NCBI GenBank assembly: GCA_016788825.1
Contig: JAEUSD010000011.1
Location: forward strand, 12,322-36,321
DNA: 24,000 nt
Direction: 5' to 3'
Origin: Candidatus Doudnabacteria bacterium
GTDB taxonomy: Bacteria > Patescibacteriota > Dojkabacteria > J137 > JAEUSD01
Both the position numbers and the translations under genes were made by a program. Numbering within the stretch: position 1 is the first letter of the stretch; each line of letters begins with the position of its first letter. The notes beneath the pieces are model-generated. The model was not told the DNA's origin, did no database searches, and was given only the letters and a program-made list of their open reading frames with translations. This document shows positions 7,974 through 15,621 of the stretch, piece by piece.

Positions 7974-10943
7974 TTAGCTCAAGCTCAGTTTCAGTTCCTT
8001 GCCATTTACTCTCTGAACATGTTCGGCTGTACCTGAGACCATTTCAGTAGCTGAGACAGCTGACTTGATGTCTTCTACGCGCTTGGTGAGCACGGCGAGG
8101 ACTTCTTTGTCTTCGGTATCATAGCTAACTTTCACCTTTTCTCCCTGCTTAAAGCCTTTTTCCTTTCGCAAAGCCTGGATAGAGCGGATGATCTCACGCA
8201 TCAGACCTTCTTCGGCCAGCTCAGGAGTAAGCTTTGTTTCAAGTCCGATAGCAAGTGTTCCTGATGGACTGACGATCGTTTGGATGGTCTTGCTTTCAGC
8301 AAGTTGCGGTACGTCTGCGACTTCGACAACGTTTAGCTCTGCGCAAATGACGTCCTTCATCCAATCCGAAAGATAAACTCCCTCCACATCAGCCGCATAA
8401 GTAAATTGCACTTCCAAACGGCTAAGTGGCTGACGGATCTTTAGTCCATGCGTTGTACGTAAGGATTGGCCCAATTCTCCAATACTGCGCACCACTTCCA
8501 TCTCAGCTAAGATCTGCTTGTAGTTATTCAAAAACGCCATGTCTACAACAGGGAAGTCTGTTAGGTGAACTGACTCTGGTAACTCTGCAAGTTGACTCGC
8601 TACCAATTCACGATACATGTATTCGGACACAAATGGGACAAAAGGTGCTGCTAGCTTGGAGATTTCAACCAGTACATAATACAAAGTCTCTAGGGCATCG
8701 GTGTCGCCGGCCGCGAAGCGGTCACGCGAGCGGCGGATATACCATTTGGATAACTCATCTACTAATGATTTCAAACTGCGGGACGCTTTTGGAATATCGT
8801 AGGTGTCTAGTGCAGCGATTACTTCTCCGATTGTATTTTGCAACTTAGCTAAGATCCAGGCATCGAGCTCATTCTCGATATCATCGAAAGGAATGTGATC
8901 CCAAGGGTGCTCGTCGCCCCAAACGTTGCGTTGATTGTATGCCAGTTCCACGCGCGGTTCCCATTCATGGATATTGGCGTAAGTTATCAAGTATGTGAAA
9001 CAGTTCCAAAGTGGGAGTAAGAATTCTTGAGTTTGTACTTTGGCTGTTGTTTCACTGATTGTGCTGTCTTCTCCGGCCGAGATCGGTGATGTGAAGAAGT
9101 TAAACCGTACTGCATCCGCACCACACTTTTCGAGCAGTTCGTGGTAAGGTGCATAGTTTTTCTTACTCTTGCTTTGTTTGGCTCCGTGGTCATCCAAGGT
9201 GAAACCGTTTACAATTACATTCTTAAACGACTCCTTGTTCCAGAGCGCAGTAGATATCGCATGGAGAGAGTAAAACCAACCACGTGTCTGATCTACGCCT
9301 TCTGCGATGTATTCGGCAGGGAATGTCTGTTCAAATTTTTCTTTATTCTCAAACGGGTAGTGAAATCTTGCAAAAGGCATAGCTCCTGAGTCATACCAGA
9401 CGTCGATCACATCCGGGATACGATTATAGGTTTCGCCGTCAAGCTCGAAGGTGATGTCGTCTACAAATGGACGATGCGGATCGTCGATCTTCTTGCCTGA
9501 TAATTTTTCGATTTCAGCGAACGATCCGATCACTTTGATTTTTCCACTCGGGGATTTCCATACAGGCAGAGGGGTTCCCCAGTAACGTAACCTGGAAATT
9601 CCCCAATCTTTGATCTCAGCCAACCAGTTCCCAAAGCGACCTTCACCAATATGTTTCGGCGTCCAATTAATCTTGTTGTTGTTGTCTACCAATTCACCGC
9701 GGAGTTTGCTCATTGCGATGTACCACGAAGTGATTGGTTTGTAGATCAGAGGGGTGTTTGTACGCCAGCACATTGGCATTTCGTGCTCGTATTTTTCTTC
9801 GCGGAAGAGCAGGTCTTTTGTTTTGAGGTCTTCAATGATCTTCGGGTTGGCATCGCGGTAGTTGAGTCCGGCATATGCGGCGACTTCACTGGTGAAGTCG
9901 CCTTGATCATCTAGATAGTCAAAACTCTGGATCCCAACCTTTTGAAATACTTCGTTATCCTCGGCGCCGTAAGGGGCCAAATGCACGATTCCGGTTCCGG
10001 AATCATCAGTCACATACTCGGCGCCATAAACCTTGTGTGCATTCTCACGTCCAGCATAGAAATCGAATGGGGGAGTATATTCTTTCCCGATCAATTCTTC
10101 AGCTTTGATTTCGCCCAATACTTCGTACTTATCTCCTTTGAACACCTCTTCAACCCTCGATTTGGCCATGATATAAGTATTTTCAGCAATAGTCCCTTTG
10201 ACCTTCACATAAGTCAACTTTGGATTTACAGCTAGACCTAAGTTTCCTGGCATGGTCCAAGGTGTGGTGGTCCATGCTAATAACATGGTTTTAGGATCTT
10301 CTTTCAACGGGAATTCTACAGTAACAGCTGGGTCTGTAAATATTTTGTATCCGCCTAGAGCAACTTCGGCGTTAGACAATGAAGTTCCCGCCCGGGTAGA
10401 GTAGGGAACCACTTTAAACCCTTCATAAAGCAGACCTTTGTCAAAAAGCTCTTTAAGTGACCACCAGATGGACTCGATAAACTTGGAATCCATAGTGTAG
10501 TACTCTTGGCGGTCATTGGTAAGCCGGCCCATACGTTCTTCGAGGTCAATTATTTGACCACGAAACTCGAGCACTGATTCGCGACAGAGTTGGTTAAATT
10601 TGGCTACGCCAAACTTCTCGATGTCCTTCTTTTCTTTGAAGCCTAGTTTCTTTTCTACCTCATACTCTACAGGGATTCCCTGACAGTCCCAACCAAGAGA
10701 GCGTTCTACACGGTAACCCTGCATCGTCCAGTACCGCGGGATAATATCTTTCATCGCAAACGTCAACATGTGTCCATAATGTGGCTCCCCGTTGGCAGTT
10801 ATTGGTCCATCATAGAAGGTCTTGGCGTTGTCCATTGGTCTCTGGTCGATGGACCGGTCGAGCACATTTGTGTCTTTCCACCACTTGAGTAGAGCAAGCT
10901 CGAGTTCGTTAAAATTGGGTTTGGCAGGTGGTTGGTTGAACAT
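7974..10943 (-). CDS. ileS: Isoleucyl-tRNA synthetase (eukaryote-like/IleRS2-like signature)
   Basis: 989 aa; FYDGPITANGEPHYGHMLTFAMKDIIPRY, SLGWDCQGIPVEYEVEK, LLAWTTTPWTMPGNLGLAV (editing domain), DVWYDSGAMPFARFHYPF, HGAKQSKSKKNY. Confidence 0.96.
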   Translation of the reverse strand: MFNQPPAKPNFNELELALLKWWKDTNVLDRSIDQRPMDNAKTFYDGPITANGEPHYGHMLTFAMKDIIPRYWTMQGYRVERSLGWDCQGIPVEYEVEKKLGFKEKKDIEKFGVAKFNQLCRESVLEFRGQIIDLEERMGRLTNDRQEYYTMDSKFIESIWWSLKELFDKGLLYEGFKVVPYSTRAGTSLSNAEVALGGYKIFTDPAVTVEFPLKEDPKTMLLAWTTTPWTMPGNLGLAVNPKLTYVKVKGTIAENTYIMAKSRVEEVFKGDKYEVLGEIKAEELIGKEYTPPFDFYAGRENAHKVYGAEYVTDDSGTGIVHLAPYGAEDNEVFQKVGIQSFDYLDDQGDFTSEVAAYAGLNYRDANPKIIEDLKTKDLLFREEKYEHEMPMCWRTNTPLIYKPITSWYIAMSKLRGELVDNNNKINWTPKHIGEGRFGNWLAEIKDWGISRLRYWGTPLPVWKSPSGKIKVIGSFAEIEKLSGKKIDDPHRPFVDDITFELDGETYNRIPDVIDVWYDSGAMPFARFHYPFENKEKFEQTFPAEYIAEGVDQTRGWFYSLHAISTALWNKESFKNVIVNGFTLDDHGAKQSKSKKNYAPYHELLEKCGADAVRFNFFTSPISAGEDSTISETTAKVQTQEFLLPLWNCFTYLITYANIHEWEPRVELAYNQRNVWGDEHPWDHIPFDDIENELDAWILAKLQNTIGEVIAALDTYDIPKASRSLKSLVDELSKWYIRRSRDRFAAGDTDALETLYYVLVEISKLAAPFVPFVSEYMYRELVASQLAELPESVHLTDFPVVDMAFLNNYKQILAEMEVVRSIGELGQSLRTTHGLKIRQPLSRLEVQFTYAADVEGVYLSDWMKDVICAELNVVEVADVPQLAESKTIQTIVSPSGTLAIGLETKLTPELAEEGLMREIIRSIQALRKEKGFKQGEKVKVSYDTEDKEVLAVLTKRVEDIKSAVSATEMVSGTAEHVQRVNGKELKLSLS

Positions 10944-10998
10944 TTTGTTAAGTATTAATTAATAAGCTAAATAGGCATTAATTTATTGGGCAACGAAA

Positions 10999-11039
10999 AG
11001 CCCCGATCATCATTCACGTTGTGAACAATGACCAGGGCT
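10999..11039 (-). terminator. Intrinsic terminator of the ileS T-box leader
   Basis: Minus strand AGCCCTGGTCATTGTTCAC-AA-CGTGAATGATGATCGGGGCT followed by TTTCGTT; long near-perfect stem-loop that shares AGCCCTG with the antiterminator. Confidence 0.85.
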
Positions 11040-11071
11040 CTAGGAGAGAGCGGTACCACCTGTCTTTATAC

Positions 11072-11077
11072 TCAATT
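11072..11077 (-). other. Placeholder region within the T-box leader, between the upstream helices and the antiterminator (linker)
   Basis: AT-rich linker TAAAATTGAGTATAAAG on the minus strand between GAAACAGCAG and the CAGG antiterminator start; no independent function claimed. Confidence 0.2.
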
Positions 11078-11133
11078 TTACTGCTGTTTCGGGCTTACCC
11101 GGAGAGGTCTACTTGATTTCTTCTCTCTAGCTT

Positions 11134-11151
11134 CTGCAGTGATGGCTGCAG
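11134..11151 (-). promoter_or_regulatory. Candidate minimal Stem I/specifier hairpin of the T-box (loop contains AUC)
   Basis: Minus strand CTGCAG-CCATCA-CTGCAG: 6-bp stem with 6-nt loop containing the Ile codon AUC followed by A. Confidence 0.4.
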
Positions 11152-11189
11152 TCAAATGCTTTGGTTGATGAATTTTAACAGAGATGAGG

Positions 11190-11438
11190 TTATTTATAAA
11201 CGCCTTGGCGGTGAGAGATATTTGTAACATAAATATTAGTGCCATCAACTGTATAGATGATACGGTATGGCCAAACGCGATAAGAATATCTACCCGACAG
11301 TTCCCCCAAAAGTTTTTTGCCAGAGTAAGGGTTTAACTCTATATAAGATACAGCCTTAACGACTCTTTCTTGAACTCTTCTTGGCAGTCTTGTCAGTTGT
11401 TTTCTTGCGTTTGCGGTGTAAGTTAGTCGCATAGTCAC
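11190..11438 (-). CDS. RelE/ParE-superfamily toxin
   Basis: 82 aa; MRLTYTANARKQLTRLPRRVQERVVKAVSYIELNPYSGKKLLGELSGRYSYRVWPYRIIYTVDGTNIYVTNISHRQGVYK, a classic RelE-type fold pattern (GrYsyRvwpYRIIY). Confidence 0.92.
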   Translation of the reverse strand: MTMRLTYTANARKQLTRLPRRVQERVVKAVSYIELNPYSGKKLLGELSGRYSYRVWPYRIIYTVDGTNIYVTNISHRQGVYK

Positions 11439-11748
11439 TTAGTTGGAATCTAGGTGTATTGTTGTCTTTTGATAGTCCGAGCTCTGCATGCACCTCTTCC
11501 AGAGTGTAGATTTCTCCGCGCTGTATTTGCGCTTCGGATTCTTTTAGCCTTGCCACAATATCAGGATCCTCGGCTAAGATGGTCATCGTTTCAAGCCAAG
11601 ATTCGTACTCTTCTATACTCATAAGTACAAGCTTAGGAGTTCCGTGTTCGGATATGAAGTACTGAGAGTCGGAATGGATTATATCTTCCGCTACTTCGAA
11701 TATTCGCTTACGTGCTTCTGTGATTGTAATTGTTTTAGTTTTTGCCAT
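11356..11748 (-). CDS. Phd/YefM-family antitoxin with Lys/Arg-rich C-terminal extension
   Basis: ORF track 11356..11802; preferred start MAKTKTITITEARKRIFEVAEDII at ATG 11748. Phd/YefM-like 'ITEARKRIFEVAEDI...YFISEHGTPKLVLMSIEEYESWLET'. Overlaps the toxin ORF by 83 nt. Confidence 0.88.
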   Translation of the reverse strand: MAKTKTITITEARKRIFEVAEDIIHSDSQYFISEHGTPKLVLMSIEEYESWLETMTILAEDPDIVARLKESEAQIQRGEIYTLEEVHAELGLSKDNNTPRFQLSDYATNLHRKRKKTTDKTAKKSSRKSR

Positions 11749-11770
11749 ATGTACATTATAACGTACATAT
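11747..11770. promoter_or_regulatory. Perfect 8-bp inverted repeat over the -10 box of the TA operon (candidate operator)
   Basis: Plus strand ATATGTAC-ATTATAAC-GTACATAT; the minus-strand -10 TATAAT (11760-11755) lies in the 8-nt spacer, with ATG 11748 6 nt downstream. Confidence 0.75.
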
Positions 11771-11841
11771 ACACCAATGTCTTGCATACAGAATGATAAC
11801 AATCAAATCTTAACGAATTATTAACTTTGCATATAAGTATG

Positions 11842-11847
11842 TATAAT
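11842..11847 (+). promoter_or_regulatory. -10 box (TATAAT) upstream of the lipoprotein ORF
   Basis: GTATGTATAATAAAGC; ORF starts at 11870, leaving room for a short 5' UTR. Confidence 0.5.
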
Positions 11848-11869
11848 AAAGCTAGTTAAACAAATCATT

Positions 11870-12277
11870 ATGCAAAAGATTCTTGCTTTAGTTTTTCTTT
11901 CTATACTTTTGGTTGGATGCACCCCTCAAACGAGCGGGACAGGGAGTACCAGTTCTTCAAGCTCTACCAGCACAAGTTCTGATGGTAGCGTGGATCCTGT
12001 GCAAATAAATCAAGGGGATGTAGATATGGAGGCAACATACCAAGGTAATAGTCAATGGCGGTATGTGCTTGTAACTGTGTTGCCAAACCCTTGTTACGGA
12101 TTCCGCACGGAGGCGGTCGTTGCCGAGAGCTACCCAGAACAAGTGACTGTGAAGGCGATCAAGGAGACTCCAGCTGCCGGGACGGCTTGTGCTCAAGTGA
12201 TTGATCGCCGCCAGATTGAGGGTTCTTTTGCTGCTGGTCCACAAGCGAAACTTAGTTTGGAAGTTGTTGTGGAGTAG
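11870..12277 (+). CDS. Small secreted lipoprotein of unknown function
   Basis: 135 aa; signal peptide plus lipobox MQKILALVFLSILLVGC; Ser/Thr-rich linker; C-terminal beta-rich domain with NPCYGF...GTACAQVI. Confidence 0.85.
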   Translation: MQKILALVFLSILLVGCTPQTSGTGSTSSSSSTSTSSDGSVDPVQINQGDVDMEATYQGNSQWRYVLVTVLPNPCYGFRTEAVVAESYPEQVTVKAIKETPAAGTACAQVIDRRQIEGSFAAGPQAKLSLEVVVE

Positions 12278-12280
12278 TCT

Positions 12281-12967
12281 ATGTCGCTACGATTCTTCAC
12301 TAAGGTAAAATCTCAGCAAAAGGTCGCGGCGGATTTGGTTAAATTGGAGTTGGTTGCCCCATCAAATTTCTCCTTCCTGGCAGGGCAGTTCATGAGTGTC
12401 GCGGTGGAGGGTTTTGTGCGACGAAGTTACTCTTTAGCAAATCCACCGCATGAGGCCGAAGTACTTGTAACTTACGTGGATACAACTCCAGGTGGTCCTG
12501 GTTCGCGTTTCATGCAGCAGGTCGCTGAGAATCATGAGATAGATCTTTTGGCGCCACTTGGTCATTTCATTTACATCGAAGAGAAGTTTCGCCCGGCTTA
12601 TTTCTTCGCTACAGGCACTGGTATTGTGCCCTTCATATCTATGATTCGGCACGAGCTAGAGACTGTGAAATCTGGACGTCAGGTTGTACTGCATTACGGT
12701 GTGAAGCAAGAAGATCACCTTTTGGAAAAGGCTCTCTGGGAGCGGCTGACGCAGGAGTTTCCAAACTTCGCAGTTCATTTCTACGTCAGCCGCTCCACAG
12801 AGTGGGAGGGCAACAAAGGTCGCATGACAGAATTCATTAACCAAGGTATTCCTGCAGATATCGATGCCTACCTTTGCGGCGGTATGCAGATGATCCAGGA
12901 TGTTGAAGCCCTCCTCTTGGCGCAAGGTGTGCATGGGGGTAATATTTACTACGAACGGTTTTACTAA
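12281..12967 (+). CDS. FAD/NAD(P)-binding ferredoxin reductase-like (FNR superfamily) oxidoreductase
   Basis: 228 aa; FLAGQFMSV, RRSYSLANPP (FAD-binding RxYS), FFATGTGIVPFISMI (NAD(P)-binding), AYLCGGMQMIQDVEALL. Confidence 0.9.
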   Translation: MSLRFFTKVKSQQKVAADLVKLELVAPSNFSFLAGQFMSVAVEGFVRRSYSLANPPHEAEVLVTYVDTTPGGPGSRFMQQVAENHEIDLLAPLGHFIYIEEKFRPAYFFATGTGIVPFISMIRHELETVKSGRQVVLHYGVKQEDHLLEKALWERLTQEFPNFAVHFYVSRSTEWEGNKGRMTEFINQGIPADIDAYLCGGMQMIQDVEALLLAQGVHGGNIYYERFY

Positions 12968-12968
12968 A

Positions 12969-13547
12969 TTAATCCAAAACGATCTCGTTAAGCCTCAGTT
13001 CTCCATACAGGGTGAAGTTTTCCTTCATTTTTCTGATAACTTGGTCTACATAATACTGGTGAAGTCTTTTGGGAATGGAGCGAGAAAGTAAAAGATATAC
13101 AGTTCTTCTTATGGAAAAATCTTCTGGTAGTTCGGTTAGTGGAGGAACTGGTCTACCTGTTTGGTCATTTATGATCTCCGTTTCTGTAATTCCTTGACCG
13201 CCTGCATTAAAAGGGGACAGGTTATTTTCAATCACACCTATGATAGTGTGCTCAAGAGCGTGATGATAATTATTATCTCTGTGTACAGTGCTGTTTTCGA
13301 ATCCCCCACAACCCATCCACTTGTAGCCATTCTTATTTGCTCTTGCTTGTAATTCCAATTCTAAATTGACAGTTTCACTGTGTAGAATTTCGTATGGAAT
13401 AATACGGGCAAGTTCTTTTACTAAATGATCGCTCAGACGTATCACTTTTTGTCTGTCTGGGAAGTCTATAGCTTGCAAAGCTTTATAGCTATCAGGAATG
13501 GGTAGAGTTTGGTCGTAAAGTTCGCTAAACATATGTAATCTTAACAT
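12969..13547 (-). CDS. Protein of unknown function
   Basis: 192 aa ORF, tail-to-tail with the FNR gene; M at 13532 (MFSELYD) is an alternative start; no family recognised. Confidence 0.65.
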   Translation of the reverse strand: MLRLHMFSELYDQTLPIPDSYKALQAIDFPDRQKVIRLSDHLVKELARIIPYEILHSETVNLELELQARANKNGYKWMGCGGFENSTVHRDNNYHHALEHTIIGVIENNLSPFNAGGQGITETEIINDQTGRPVPPLTELPEDFSIRRTVYLLLSRSIPKRLHQYYVDQVIRKMKENFTLYGELRLNEIVLD

Positions 13548-13603
13548 ATATAGGGTATATATGGCGACAACTGTATTTGAAGCTGATATTATAAAATTGT
13601 CTT

Positions 13604-14479
13604 ATGATTAAAAAACTGCTGCCATATTTAATCGCAGGCCTTGTGCTGCTTACCCTTGCTTTGCAAATGCGCGGCGTGTTTCAGATCCCTGCTGAGATCT
13701 CTGTGCTTGGTTTGTTTAACATTCACCTGTATAGTCTTTGCCTACTCGGAGCTGTGGCTGTTGCTGTGTGGTTGGCGTGGGGAATTATCCCTCAAGATCT
13801 AAAGGACAAGATAAATGTGGTAGATTTCCTTTTGTGGATCTTGATTCCTGGGGTTGTTGGGGCGAGGTTGTACCATGTTGTAACTGATTACAATTTGTAT
13901 ACGGAAAACTTAGTTGCAGTCTTTTACATCTGGCAGGGTGGCCTGGGAATAGTCGGTGGTATCTTGGGTGGAGCCGTAGGGGCTTACTTTTACTCTAAAA
14001 CAAAGGGTATTCGGTTCTCTAGGCTGTTGGCTGTGTTGGCGACTGTGCTACCAGTCGCCCAAGCGGCGGGCAGATTGGGTAATTTATTTAATCAGGAGTT
14101 GTATGGCCCGCCTGCAGATTTCCCCTGGGCAATCTACATCAAACCCGAAAACCGCATTGGTGGTTATGAGCCATTTGACTTCTTCCATCCACTGTTTCTG
14201 TATGAAATGCTTGCAAATCTAGTGTTGTTCGCAATTTTGTATCGGTTCTACCGCCGGGGTTGGAATGGTTACCGGCTTACTTTCTACTATATTGCAGGTT
14301 ACGGCGCGATTCGGTTTGCCTTGGATTTCTTCCGCTTGGAAGGCGCTACGGGTGCCTATGGTCTCAGCTATACCCAATGGTTGATCCTGATTTTCTACGC
14401 ACTGGTTCTGGCATTTGGTGCTGGTTATCAAGTATGGTATAAACGAGAGTATGGCAAGTGGTTTACGAAGGCACAATAA
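13604..14479 (+). CDS. lgt: Prolipoprotein diacylglyceryl transferase
   Basis: 291 aa, multi-TM; GGLGIVGGILGG and signature AAGRLGNLFNQELYG; C-terminal GAIRFALDFFR. Confidence 0.96.
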   Translation: MIKKLLPYLIAGLVLLTLALQMRGVFQIPAEISVLGLFNIHLYSLCLLGAVAVAVWLAWGIIPQDLKDKINVVDFLLWILIPGVVGARLYHVVTDYNLYTENLVAVFYIWQGGLGIVGGILGGAVGAYFYSKTKGIRFSRLLAVLATVLPVAQAAGRLGNLFNQELYGPPADFPWAIYIKPENRIGGYEPFDFFHPLFLYEMLANLVLFAILYRFYRRGWNGYRLTFYYIAGYGAIRFALDFFRLEGATGAYGLSYTQWLILIFYALVLAFGAGYQVWYKREYGKWFTKAQ

Positions 14480-14492
14480 ATTACCTAGCAAA

Positions 14493-15533
14493 ATGCAGAA
14501 TCCTGAATTCAAACAAAAATTCGATGTAATGGTTGAAAGTGCCGAGAAGATCTTGGTGACGACTCACGAGAAGCCTGATCCTGATGCGATCGGCTGTGTG
14601 TTGGCGGTGAGAGAATATTTAGTTAGTAATTTCTCGGGCAAAGAAGTGCAAGTAACCATCTCTGGTGCTAAGACAAAAGCATGGGATTTTTTATCTATGG
14701 CCAAGCACATAGTTTGGGTGGAGGATGTTTTTGCCGAGCTTGAGAAGTTCGATTTAGCAATATTTTTAGATGCCTCACAACTTTCAAGGTTTACACCAAA
14801 CGAGCCACCAGAGAAACTAGACATCAAGAGCATCTGCATTGATCATCATAGTAATGAGCCAGACAATTTTGACTTAATATTTCTAGACAGTACGGCAGTT
14901 TCTGCTTCAGAGTTGGTTTATGAAGCATTATTTCAAGACTCTGAAGAACTTTCGAAGGAGGTTGCTGAGATCATAATGACTGGAATTATTGGTGATTCGG
15001 GTAGTTTTCGATTCGTAGGACCTCGCAATGTGAGAGTATTGAGTACTGCGCGTGAGCTAGTTGAAAGAGCTCAGCTCGAAATTAAACCCGTAGTCTTGAA
15101 CACCATAAAAATAGACAGACAACAGTTTGAATTGATGCAGATTTTGGTGAAGAATATTTACTTCGTAGAAGCTGCAAACGGTATCCCTGCATTTGTCTAC
15201 TCTTATTTTCCCAAAGAAGTGCTCAACAGCGGGGTAGAAATGCAGCTAATTAAACTTACCAAAAACTCTTTCTTATTCGATTATATAGGTAAAGTTACTG
15301 GCTATGACTGGGGTTTTGTCGCTAATCCGCAATCTGAAACTGTGTGGGGAATTTCTTTCCGTTCAGGCCCGGGTGGACCAAACGTCAAACTATTAACGAA
15401 TAAACTAAACGGCGGTGGACATATATTTGCCGCGGGTGGAGAGATTGAAGTTGATTCAGGACTTGGAGCGGAAGCTGTGTGCGAGAAGGTGATTTCAGTA
15501 ATTCGAGAAGGTGTAGAAATAATGACACAATAA
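14493..15533 (+). CDS. DHH/DHHA1 phosphoesterase (NrnA/RecJ-like bifunctional oligoribonuclease family)
   Basis: ORF track 14415..15533; preferred start MQNPEFKQKF at 14493. Motifs THEKPDPDAIGCVLA, ICIDHHSNEPDNFDLIFLDSTAVSASELVYEAL, GIIGDSGSFR, GGGHIFAAGGEI. Confidence 0.92.
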   Translation: MQNPEFKQKFDVMVESAEKILVTTHEKPDPDAIGCVLAVREYLVSNFSGKEVQVTISGAKTKAWDFLSMAKHIVWVEDVFAELEKFDLAIFLDASQLSRFTPNEPPEKLDIKSICIDHHSNEPDNFDLIFLDSTAVSASELVYEALFQDSEELSKEVAEIIMTGIIGDSGSFRFVGPRNVRVLSTARELVERAQLEIKPVVLNTIKIDRQQFELMQILVKNIYFVEAANGIPAFVYSYFPKEVLNSGVEMQLIKLTKNSFLFDYIGKVTGYDWGFVANPQSETVWGISFRSGPGGPNVKLLTNKLNGGGHIFAAGGEIEVDSGLGAEAVCEKVISVIREGVEIMTQ

Positions 15534-15621
15534 TTCGGTAGTTCCCAGGTATTGTTGTATAATCAAGTGGAGTTGAAATGCAGAAATTCGGCGCTACTGC
15601 GGGGTAATTAGTTTCTAATTA

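Larger units (their letters stand above)
10999..11165 (-). ncRNA. T-box riboswitch (tRNA-Ile sensing) leader of ileS
   Basis: Minus strand contains CAGG-[TGGTACC]-GCTCT-CTCCT-AGAGC-CCTG (11062-11033): CAGG/CCTG and GCTCT/AGAGC helices flanking a 7-nt bulge TGGTACC, the canonical T-box antiterminator. It is followed by a competing terminator and then ileS. 5' limit is estimated. Confidence 0.9.

Noticed and set aside
8188-10235. Plus-strand ORFs inside ileS (8188, 8426, 9141, 9651, 9942) and minus ORFs 8987..9193 and 10355..10549
   Set aside because: All lie within the well-supported ileS gene in other frames and have no domain-like features.
11010-11026. ATTCACGTTGTGAAC as a degenerate parS-like palindrome
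   Set aside because: It is fully explained as the apical part of the T-box terminator hairpin and is not close enough to parS.
11072-11077. T-box linker listed in features at low confidence
   Set aside because: It has no independent evidence of function beyond being part of the leader and should be ignored as a separate element.
15534-15621. TAATTA-GTTTC-TAATTA near the DHH gene 3' end as a terminator
   Set aside because: All-A/T 6-bp stem with no U tract; too weak.
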